From Vermamoeba vermiformis (taxonomy: Eukaryota), in assembly GCA_045837725.1 (NCBI GenBank), contig JBEWZL010000300.1, forward strand, positions 124,001 through 188,000: a stretch of 64,000 bases of DNA, given 5' to 3'. The notes beneath the pieces were generated by a model, which saw only the letters and a program-made list of their open reading frames with translations, made no database searches and was not told the DNA's origin. A program made the position numbers and the translations under genes. Shown in pieces: positions 54,083 to 64,000 of this stretch (its first letter is position 1; the number at the start of each line of letters is the position of its first letter).

Positions 54083-55272
54083 ATGGAATATTCTTTGGAT
54101 GATTTTAACATTGTAGAGCGGCTAGGAAAAGCCAGTAAGGGTAAGTCAAATTGAAAAATTAGTTTATCCTTAGAATAATTTCAAAAGAGCTTTTATTCAT
54201 AAAATATAGTCTTACATATCACATTGTTTACAAATCTTCCAATTTTCGAATTATTTAAAATTAATTGTTAATTTTACAAGGATATTTTGGGATCAGAGCT
54301 GCAGTTTTTCGTGCTCAACGTCAAAATGTTGATTATGCATTAAAAATTATGACATATGACCGATATGATTTATACGAGCAAGAATATGGCACATTAATGA
54401 AACTTGAACCACATCCAAACGTCATAAAAGTGCATGGTATAATTAAACTCGCCAAATTCGATGAAAAAATAGAAGAAAAGCTGATAGGATTAACAAATGA
54501 AGAAATAAGAGCCTTAAGGTATTATAATTATGATAGTGTAAGCTATACTAAGTTATTTTATTTTTTGATAGAGGCTTGCCGTACATCCTAATCATTATTA
54601 TGGATTATTATCAATATAATTTCGAAGAATTTGTTCAAAATATGCCACGACCTCTCGCAGAAGCAATAGCAGTCCAAATATTGATTCAAATATTCGAAGG
54701 TTTAAAGCACTTACTTGGCAACAACATTGTGCACCGAGATCTGAAGCCAGATAACATACTCTTGTCTTACGATGCTATAGAAGGCACTACTATCAAAGGT
54801 CTTCGCGGTGTATTGACGGATTTTGGCACTCACTTGACAAAACTATCAATCGATACTTCGAAACCGGGAGATCGCGCGCTGCTCAAAATACCAAAAGGCG
54901 CTGAATATCTTCGCGCACCAGAAGCATGGCCTCCTTCATCTCGAAATACTGCAGTAAGTAATCTATTTTTAGTTTTGTAATAAAGCGGAGTTACTGAGTA
55001 CAAAAAAATTAAAATAGGCAATCGTGGATTATCACAAATCTGATATATGGGCAATAGGACGAATATGTTATCAACTGTTTACAATCTCTGGTGCTGATTT
55101 ATTGCCTACAAACTTTAGTCGTAATGTTCCAGAACAATTGCCTTTTTTGGAAGATCTATATTCAGAACAATTTCGAAACCTTACACAATCTCTGTTACTT
55201 AAAGATCCTAAAATAAGACCTGGAGTTGATGAGATTCTATCAAAGCTGCACCAAATAGCTGAAAAGCAATAA
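54083..55272 (+). CDS. Ser/Thr protein kinase with PINK1-like motif pattern (4 exons)
   Basis: SLDDFNIVERLGK, AAVFRA, YALKIM, PHPNVIKV, VHRDLKPDNILL, LTDFG, LRAPE, DYHKSDIWAIG. Confidence 0.85.
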
Positions 55273-55274
55273 AG

Positions 55275-58169
55275 CTAGTTGACGGCAGACTGTAGTACAG
55301 TTCGCTTTTGTTCGTCAACTTTCAGCGCGTCCCTAAATTAAACAAGTCAATTAGTATTGTATAAGATGCAGCTGTATATAGAGTTAACAATGGCCCAAAA
55401 AGCAGCTTCGTATCGGCAAAGAGCATAGGTCGTAGGATAAGACCGGATCTGGTACATACCTTTGAATATGCTTGATAGTTAGAGCCATGCCGTCAGTCTT
55501 CGAAGACCAATTGTTCATCATCGAATCAAAGTTATGAATGGAATCAACAATCGAGATCTTGAGAGGTCGCGCGTTCTCTATCAATCTGAGCCCAATGAAG
55601 TAGACTACTGAGAAGGGGTAGTTGGTCTGACTGCTCTTGAACGGTGTCACGAACGGAGTTATTCTTAAATCTCTATTCTGTTCTAAAGTCGCGACTAAGT
55701 TCACTATTCTGGATTCGATCCAGCCGGACCACAACGCAAAATCTTCAAACGTGATTGCGGAGATTGTCATCTGAATGAAGCTCGTATTCGTCGTAAAGAA
55801 GGTCTTGTCTTCTCCAAGCAATACGTTCCAATCCACGACCTCCTTATTCTCCTTGCATTTCTCCAGATAAAAATAGCTCGACTTCAATTGTTCCTGGACC
55901 AAAGTAGAGGTCGCTCGAGTAGCGTTACGAGTAATATTTCGATATGGCTTGCTCGGAGTAAGTATCGGCAACCATTCTTTGTCTCTTGCCTAATTTAGAC
56001 AATTACATATTAAGTAATCACGGGGCAAATCTCGGATATTTGATAAATTTTAGTTGTGACAATAAAATTAACGTACTTTCGGCCCTCCTTGAGTCTTGTA
56101 AGGGATTGGACTATCCGTGATGATTGATACACTGTTAGTGAGCCAACTCCAACGTGAGTACAACTCAAAGAAATGAAATATCAAGTCTTCAGGAGTTGCA
56201 TCTGGATGTAGCTGACAAACTCGCGTGACCATGACGTTAACGGATATTCCGCCAAGATAGCCCATAATACTCGAGTAAATATGCTTTTCTACGAGCGATT
56301 AGCTTTTTCAAACGCTCTTTGTACTTACTTTTGGCCCACTGTCTAATAACGTGCGCAACGAGCCGGAATTTTTCGATGTTTGGAATGTACTTGAGAAGGA
56401 CTTCTGTATCTTTAATGCCTATAATACGCATATTAGATGCATATACAGCGATAATTGATGCGTACCAGAAAGACTAGCAACACTTTGTTTGTCCATCCTG
56501 CGCATCTGAACTTCGTCAATGGAGAGAATGTCTGACGGTGATTTAATCAGTTGCGGATTAACTCCGACATAGAGGAGGTCAACCTGTATTCATTAGTATC
56601 AATATTATATGTACTCTTGCAATAGTATTCGTACCTTGACGCCGATAACATCCAACTTCAAGATCGGTACAACAGCATCTTCAATTCGCTACAATAGAAC
56701 CAATGAGATAAATAAGGCTAAGGCCATCAATCGATCACTTACACGAAGAACTTTAATGTCTTTGACTTTAGGAGTAAACTCTTGAATGGTGAGGAAGAAC
56801 TCTTGTTGCGACATGACGCTCAAGCACAAGATGTCAATGTCTGTTGATGGCGAGACCACACCGAGTCGGTACGAGCCTAACGTTAATAGTTTGAACTCCT
56901 CCTACAACAACAGTTAGGGCAGTGTTTTCTAATCAAGCAAACGTACCTCTTTGAAAAAATCGTTCAAATTGGTCTCAAGGACTTGAATAGCTCTCTCGCG
57001 CTTCTTCATTCCTTCTTCGCTTTCGAGAACGTTGATGTTTTGTAAGTAATCTGCCAGTTTGGCGGAATACAACTTGTCACTTTCTGCAGGCTGTTTTGGT
57101 GCTTCTTCTGCAGGCTTAACTTCGACTACCTGCTTCACGTCTTCGTTGGTATTATTGAGTGTCTTTTGTTCTTTAGTTTCTCGATCGAATGACATGTTGC
57201 AAATGAGTCCAAAGTGATCTGAAGGGAATAATTTCACCGTCTCTCCACCGCTCGTGAACTCGAACGACTCTTTGCCGATCATATCAATCGAGTCATATTT
57301 CCAACACTCCGCTAGTGATCTAACATAAATACGGTCGTATCTTCTTTGTCTTGAAGCTGCTCCTGGTGTATCAGTGTAATTGATTGTTGGATCGAAAGTG
57401 AAGCCTGGATCTGTTGGCTTGACTTGCTTCCAAACGTCTTGAAAATCAGGGCTAATTTCACCTTCTTCTTCTGGCTTATTTAGATTGAAGTCTCCGATCA
57501 TAAAGCAATCCACATCTGGAAATAGTTTAGCGCGTGTCAACCTCGTCGAGATCTCGTGTTCTTACTTGTATTATCTTTAGGGCACGTCTTTTCATATACA
57601 ACTTTGAGCTGATATGACCTCTTAGAGCCAGTATCGAGCTTGAATTTCGATTTGTCGCTGGTCAAGTGCAAGACAGGCACAAACACGGTCCTGCCATTCA
57701 ATGCGAATTCGCCAACTATTACTCGCTTGAACTTAGAGAACCTATTTCGAGGTCAATATTAATGCTGCAATGGATATATCACTTACTTCAAGGTAATGAG
57801 CTTAAATGGAAACTTGGAGAGCAACAACTGACCGTACGGATTCACTGTTGTGCCTTGGATAGAATCGGAAACGTAATAATTATTTTTTACCCAGTCTTCT
57901 CTTAATAATTGTATCAAAAAGCTTTGTGTCACTTCTTGAAGGCCGATAATATCTGCATTCGAATTTTGTAATATTTCTATTAATTTTGTAATGCGAGCGT
58001 TGCTTTGTTCTTTGCTTTTTTCGAACGTTGAAAATAATACGTTGTAAGTTAAAATTGATAATCTATCAATTTGTTGGTTCGCAAACGTGCTTCGTTGGTC
58101 GATCGAGATCCAATTATTTTCCTCGCCACTAAACTTGTAAGTTGGAAGCGAAGAGAAAAACTTGTCCAT
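55275..58169 (-). CDS. EEP (TDP2-like endonuclease/exonuclease/phosphatase) fused to a canonical-type poly(A) polymerase
   Basis: ILTYNVLF, DIIGLQEV, HLTS, IGDFN, RYDRIYV, PSDHFG (EEP); GSYRLGVVSPSTDIDIL, DAVVPILKL, IRQWAK, GYLGG, MPILTPSKPYRNITRN, WSGWIESRI (PAP). Confidence 0.9.
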
Positions 58170-58729
58170 AGTATCCAAAAGAGCGGATATTTAATCTAAA
58201 ATCAATTGATTTGTTAACTTCGATCTTGAATCTGAATTGTTCCTCTGCGTAAAGTTTACAAAATGATTCATACCTCGTGGTCGTGACGTTGGTGAAGATA
58301 AAATAACTACAATAGGCATAGATGTTGAGTTTGCTGTCAAGCGAAAGAAAAATGACAGAAAGGAATCACCAAGTTTTCATATGAAATGTCCCTTGCCTCG
58401 TGCCACGCCATAATTACATAGCAAAACTTCTAATTAGCATGTAATTTGCTCAATCCAATATAAATTTCGAATCTTTACCGAACAGACATCTTGAGTCGTT
58501 CGAGTAGTTTGAGCTCGGCTATCACTCCGGTACAACTGCCGAGGGCAATAAGCGCATTTAAAAGGGATGCCGATAATTAAGTAACCACGTGATTTCGGTG
58601 AGGTCTTCGGACATTTTTGGGGTTTTTGTACTCCCACAAAAAAATCCGGGTTGGGGAGATAAAAACGGAAGCTCAAACGGTTTTTTCATTCACTTTTTTT
58701 CAAGCCTCTTATCAACAACACACGAGAAA

Positions 58730-60226
58730 ATGTTGCTTAAGACTCTTGTTGTCTGCCTCTTCATTACTTCCTGCTTTGCCGGCGAACCTTCCGCCGCTCC
58801 CTCCTCTGAAGATCAATGCTTCGTTGATCCTTGCTCGCTCCCTGCTCCTGAGGGTTGCGTCTACAAGTACTGCCGCACCAGAAACAGCGGTTGCACTGCC
58901 GTCTACTTGGACGCTGATGGCCGTGAGGTCTGCACCAACGAAACTCCTGGTAAAGACTTGTTTTGCCTACCTTCCGGATTTGGATTACTAATTTAATTTA
59001 CCTTAGTTTGCGACAGCCTTATGTGCACTTTGTACTGCCCCTACGGTTTCAAGAAGGACAGCGATGGCTGCCCCTCTTGCGAGTGTGCTGGTAAGAAAAA
59101 TTTTCGGAGTTACTTTTTGGGATCAATTTCTAATCTTTACCTTCGAAGAACGCCCTGACTGCTCCTCCACTACCTGCGCCCAAGTTACCTGCGGTGACAA
59201 CGAGCGTACCGTCGTTCCTTCTGGCGAGTGCTGCCCCGTTTGCGTTCCTAGCTGCGACAACGTTGAGTGCCCTGAACGTAAGTCCAAATTCGGATGTTGT
59301 TTCACGAACCGTTGCACTTACACTCCACTACTTTAGTCAACTGCGCTGAAGGTGAGGATGACTTCAAAGGTCCTTATGACTGCTGCGCTACTTGCCGCCC
59401 TGTTGACTCCTGCAGCTCTGATGCCTGCCCTGAGGTTGAGTGCCGCGACGGTGAACAAGAAGTCGATAGCGGTTGCTGCAAGGTCTGCGTTCCTAAGGTT
59501 GACTGCTCCACTGTGATGTGCCCCAATCTTGCCTGCGAGAACGGTACCTACGCCACAATCGATGACGACCACTGCTGCCCTGTCTGCAAGAAGGAGCGCG
59601 AGTGCGAGGACAACGTCGTGTGCCCCGCTATTGCTTGCGCTGATGGTCAAGTCTCTGTTCGCGTTGAGGACGAGTGCTGCCCCATCTGCCGTGACGTCAA
59701 CTACTGCAACACCGTTGTCTGCCCTGCCTTCACTGGTGACTGCCCTGATGACGATGACTATCACGTTCGAAAGGAAGGTGCTTGCTGCTCTTACTGCGCG
59801 GGTACCATCTGCCAAGATACCGCCACCACTCGTTGCGACGGCTTCGACCGCCCTGTCTGCGCCCCTGGTTTCTACCGCGGCGAGAACTGCTCTGAGGCTG
59901 TTCCTGAAAGCGAGCGCTTCTCCCTCTCCATCGAGATCTCCGTCAAGGGTCTCACCTTGACCGAGGAAGACATCAAGTTCTTCATTTCCAACAAGCTCGG
60001 CATTGACGCCATGTACGTCAGTGTTGACGAAGTTGGTGACAACACTTTCCTCATCACTGTCTCTTGGGACAAGTCCGCTCCTCCCGCTGGCTTTGATGAA
60101 ACTTCCGTTGAGACCAAGGTCAACGAAGTTATTTCTGCCAACTCCAACTTCTCTACCACCAAGTCTAGCAGCGCCGCTACCTTGGTTGCCGGCTCTGTTC
60201 TTGCCGTCGTTGCCTTGGCCTTCTAA
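58730..60226 (+). CDS. Cys-rich surface protein (antistasin/VWC-like repeats, EGF-like and SEA-like module, GPI-type tail)
   Basis: Signal peptide MLLKTLVVCLFITSCFA; CTLYCPYGFKKDSDGCPSCEC; repeated C....C....C......CCPVC; ends SSAATLVAGSVLAVVALAF*. Confidence 0.88.
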
Positions 60227-60604
60227 ATTACTTAGTCGGTGAATACGACCAAACTCTTTGTTCTGAATAGTTTGACTTGTCAGATTCACCACTAAATAAA
60301 TTGTTCTATTATAATATCATTGTTCCTTACCTTAATAAAGTCCCTGTAGTCCCACATCGAGACTGTTGTTTTTATTTGTTGACCCTGCTTCGCGACAAGG
60401 CTCCGAAGTAGTAAAGTAAAGGTAGTTAAAGTAGTTTAGCATTCGTCCTCGAACCCGATGCTATCCGTCAGTATGTTAATACTAGGACCTTTTGATGGGA
60501 CAGGCCCATTCAGCAATTTCAGACAAGATCAGACACTGAAAAAAATTATTAAATGTCAAACCAAAGCATTAGCAATGCATTAAATAACGAACAACAACAA
60601 CATA

Positions 60605-60969
60605 ATGTCTCTCACCCGCATTATTCTCGTCATTTGCGCGTTGCTCATCTCGTTGACTTGTGTGCTTGCTCAGCAACCGGAACAAACTCCTGTTGGCAAG
60701 TATTATTAATATTTAATATGCTAAATTATTAATCAAATAAAATTAGATTGCCCATTAACGGGCTGCAATCCTATTCAAATGGGCTGCACGTACGGATTTG
60801 AAAGAGACGAAAGAGGCTGCGTATTGTGCGTCTGTGCAGGTACGTGTAATATTATTAAATAATATATATATATTTTTGCTAATTAATAACAGCTGCTCCT
60901 GGAGCAAATAGTGCCTCCTCGTTAAAAGTTGGATTTGTCACGTTAGCACTCGTCGTTGTAGCGTTGTAA
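60605..60969 (+). CDS. Tiny antistasin-like GPI-type protein (3 exons; first intron GC-AG)
   Basis: MSLTRIILVICALLISLTCVLAQ; DCPLTGCNPIQMGCTYGFERDERGCVLCVCA; NSASSLKVGFVTLALVVVAL*; not in the ORF track. Confidence 0.8.
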
Positions 60970-61347
60970 AATTATATTATATCGACGCCTTTAATAGTTG
61001 TAGTGTAGATTAATAACATTATTTGTAAATATAATTGTATTGAAGCGGATAAATAAATTCAAATGATGGAACACCGTTGTCCTGAGGTTTAATCGCAAAA
61101 TCTTCTGATAGCAATACCCTCTAATAGGTATTTAGATTGATTATGTGATTGACGCGCAAGACGCGATGGATTTTGTATTGAACACCCGAAGAAATTTGGC
61201 CGAGAAAAAAAAGTTGAAAATCGCGAAGAATTTTTGAGATTGTGTCTTTATTTAGAACAACACAATATACAATAGCTTATTAATTGTATATAACACTATT
61301 ATTTTTTATACTCTAATAGCCGTTTGCCTCCTGCATTCTCGAGCAAA

Positions 61348-62965
61348 ATGGATCCCAGTACTATGTATCTGCCTGAAAATGTCAAGAAGAACTATAAACT
61401 CTATACAGATGACCAACTAGCAGTAGGCATGACTATACCAGATGTTGCAAATGAACTCGTCAAGCTGGTCTCGCAGATGGACGACAGACGATTGCGCATC
61501 GTGTTTCCCTTCATGGAAGAGGCTCAGATTAAGAAAGTAATCCCGCAATTACAGCTACAACAGCAAGGTATAGCTGTGCAAGTAATGAGCCCGCAACAGA
61601 TCCGCTACTGTGTTGCTGCCATTCCATCTGGGGATCGGTCCTTACTTTTACAAAACATTACGCTTATTTTGCAAGCCGACAGCCGCATGTTAAAGAGCGA
61701 TGAAATTCAGTCGTTTATTGGCTTTATAGACCCTTTAGCAATGGGTAGGTATTATTCCAATTTTTTTTTTCAATTTCAGAAAATAAGTTCAGATCCTTTA
61801 AATTGACGTTCAAATTCAGAAATATTCAAAATTATGGTTAATATACATAGAAAATAAATTCTAGTACCTTAGATAAATCAGCTTTCTAACAAGCACTCTT
61901 AATTTTTAGCTGTGGCCGTAGAAAAGCCTGAAATGGTCGACAAAGTGATTGAAGCTACTTGCGTAATGACCCCCGAACAAATTAGAGTCATTATTCCTCT
62001 ATTAAACATCGCTCAGATTCGGTAAGCCTTTTTTCCTTTGGATCGGATGCAATCCAAAATTTCATGTTTGATTGACGCTATAATTAGCGCCGTACACAAA
62101 ATTACGTGCCTTTAATCTAATTAATTATATATCAAGGCAAGTCTTTGAAAATGTTGAAAGCGAAGACGGACTGAAAGTGGCGACAGAGATGCTGACACTT
62201 GAACGAAAAAAAGAACTCGTCGCGCTATTCGAGCAAGAAATTTCAGAGCTGAATACGAAGCGCGAAGAACATTTCGCCGCTCAACTCAGCAAACTAATCG
62301 CTGAGCATATGCCCGCATTGAAAAACAGCGTCGAGCAATTTTGTCAGGACTGCACGCTGTCGTCAAATTTGGAGCGGGAATTTCGCGTGTTATCGGAGCA
62401 GATGAAAAAAGTACGCAGCAGCATTGAGAAGTTGCAGCGAGAAATTCGCAAGACCCAAGCGCAGTTGAAATTGCCGTTACGGATCTTGACCAAGACTCAG
62501 CACGAGAAGCTCCACGAACAATACACGACCCTGGTAGAGCAATTAGTGACCATCGCGCAACAGTTGCACGAACAAGCCCTGACGCTGGACAAGGGCAATT
62601 TGAAAGACGGACTCGTGCACCAAGTCTACGCCAAGTGGCAAGCCATCAAAGAACAGTGGGTGCAAAAAGCCACCAATGAAGCGCGCGAGGCTGACATGCA
62701 GATCGACTCGCGCGAGGCAGTGTTCGTAGAAGAAGACCAGTCCGTGGTATTGTACGAGGCAATTAAGAAGATCGGCAATCCCGCCGCGATCAATGACATT
62801 TACAAAATCACGTGGGACGACATCATTCACACCGGATTCAGATGCGAGCGTGACTTTGTCGACAAGAGGATTACGTCATTGAAAGAGCTCGAAGACTATA
62901 TTACTAAGCAGAAACAAATTGCCACGGAACATGTCGCATCCGAGCAACCTGCCAAGGATAACTAA
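61348..62965 (+). CDS. Unknown helical-repeat + coiled-coil protein (3 exons)
   Basis: Short MxxxQI repeats (MEEAQIKKV, MSPQQIRY, MTPEQIRV) then a long heptad-rich region; clean splice sites. Confidence 0.65.
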
Positions 62966-63103
62966 GATTATCTACGAACAACCTTGTTAATTTTGTGATT
63001 AGTGTTAATTTTTGTACATAAAACCACTGTGTTAATTTGTAAATGCTACTTTTAGTCTTTTTACAAGTGTTTCATATGTACATAGTATACGTTTTTTTGT
63101 GTT

Positions 63104-63416
63104 TTAAGGTGACGGCGCCTTCCACTTGAAGAAAACGATAATTACAGTCACGTTGTCCATTGAACCCAAGTCAAGTGCTTTGTTAGCCAACAACGAGCTG
63201 ATTTCTTGTGCGGAGTGACCAGCAGTCTAGATGCAAGATAAGTACACGATCGGAACAAAGAAGCTAGCAATGACTTACCATTCGCTCTGCAACAAAATCG
63301 ACTGCTTCTTGATGCGTCATCTTATCCCACAAACCATCGCAAGCCATAACCATGAACTCGTACTCGTCTGTGAGCTGAAGCTTTTGAAGGTACGGATCTC
63401 GTGATACGTAATCAGC
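63104..63416 (-). CDS. PP2C/PPM phosphatase, last two exons (gene continues beyond the window)
   Basis: ADYVSRDP...EFMVMACDGLWDKMTHQEAVDFV and ALDLGSMDNVTVIIV. Confidence 0.9.
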
Positions 63417-63518
63417 CTTGCATAAAAAATTAGTACTATCACCTGTACAATACACGCGCAGACAGTTCGTCGTTCGGCAAAGGAAGCAAGGAGCAAAAAG
63501 AGAAAAAAAAAAGAGGAA

Positions 63519-63601
63519 TCCGACCTGCCGGAATCGAACCAGCGACCTAAGGATTGATGCTTCACTACAGTCCTCCGCTCTACCGACTGAGCTAAGGTCG
63601 G
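63519..63601 (-). tRNA. trnY: tRNA-Tyr(GUA) with a ~10-nt tRNA intron
   Basis: CCGACCTTAGCTCAGTCGGTAGAGCGGAGGACTGTAG[TGAAGCATCA]ATCCTTAGGTCGCTGGTTCGATTCCGGCAGGTCGGA, then a T-run. Confidence 0.97.
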
Positions 63602-63905
63602 TTTGTTGAATTGTCTCGTGCCGACCCACTGGAACACACCAGTAAAGCATGCCTGAAACTTAATAGCGAAGACTTGGTAGCGAAGAGCGATGCATCGTGT
63701 ACCCGTAGACCGAAGGAGTCGCTAAATTGTAAGCACGGGCTTAGTCGTTAAAGCATTCAGCAAAACGACGTTCTCACCGCAACATTAAAGTTGACCGTTT
63801 CTCGTAATGTAGGCTTGGTTAAAAACAAAAAAATTTAAAGTTAAATGAACGTTCTCATGCCCGTCGACTTCAGCCGGCAGATAGGCAAAAAAGTAAAAAA
63901 GAAAT

Positions 63906-63978
63906 CTCCAACACCGGGAATCGAACCCGGGTCACCCGCGTGACAGGCGGATATGCTGAACCCCTACACCATGTCGGA
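63906..63978 (-). tRNA. trnD: tRNA-Asp(GUC), identical to the copy at 8980-9052
   Basis: Exact reverse complement of 8980-9052; T-run terminator. Confidence 0.97.
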
Positions 63979-64000
63979 TTGTTGAACGCGGTTTGAGCTT

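Noticed and set aside
59333-60292. 319-aa - strand ORF
   Set aside because: Antisense shadow of the codon-biased Cys-rich gene
60349-60359. Exact plant snRNA USE-like GTCCCACATCG
   Set aside because: No properly spaced TATA box or recognisable snRNA downstream; a single 11-mer can arise by chance
63649-63680. ATGCCTGAAACTTAAT, resembling the U12 snRNA 5' end
   Set aside because: The branch-pairing GUAAGGA segment and Sm site are absent

Overview
Compact, intron-rich eukaryotic nuclear DNA, read with the standard code and mostly short GT-AG introns. The gene content (Clu-domain proteins, GPI-tailed Cys-rich surface proteins, class II photolyase) looks amoebozoan or protist-like; this is an inference. 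I read about 26 protein-coding genes. Housekeeping genes: DHCR7-type sterol reductase, CysRS, NADP-IDH, CABLES-like, CPD photolyase, zeta-crystallin, PP2C. Other genes: a three-copy mosaic array of Kelch-propeller/EGF GPI proteins, an intron-containing TIGR03790-like (bacterial family) CBM/Ig GPI protein, a PA-7TM protein, a PH-polyPro-AGC kinase, a ~1,940-aa protein with 15 His-x-His three-helix repeats, a Clu-TPR-LRR protein, a PIN protein with an apparent frameshift, a PINK1-like kinase and an EEP-poly(A) polymerase fusion. There are three tRNA genes, all apparently inside introns. The most striking unexplained element is a GC-rich, ORF-free, highly self-complementary ~360-nt (possibly ~440-nt) RNA-like locus at ~4170-4535. 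It ends in a T-run and carries a hairpin that reproduces the sarcin-ricin loop of large-subunit rRNA (14/15 nt, bacterial type). Gene spans include introns; exon boundaries were read by eye and family calls come from recalled motifs, not database searches.
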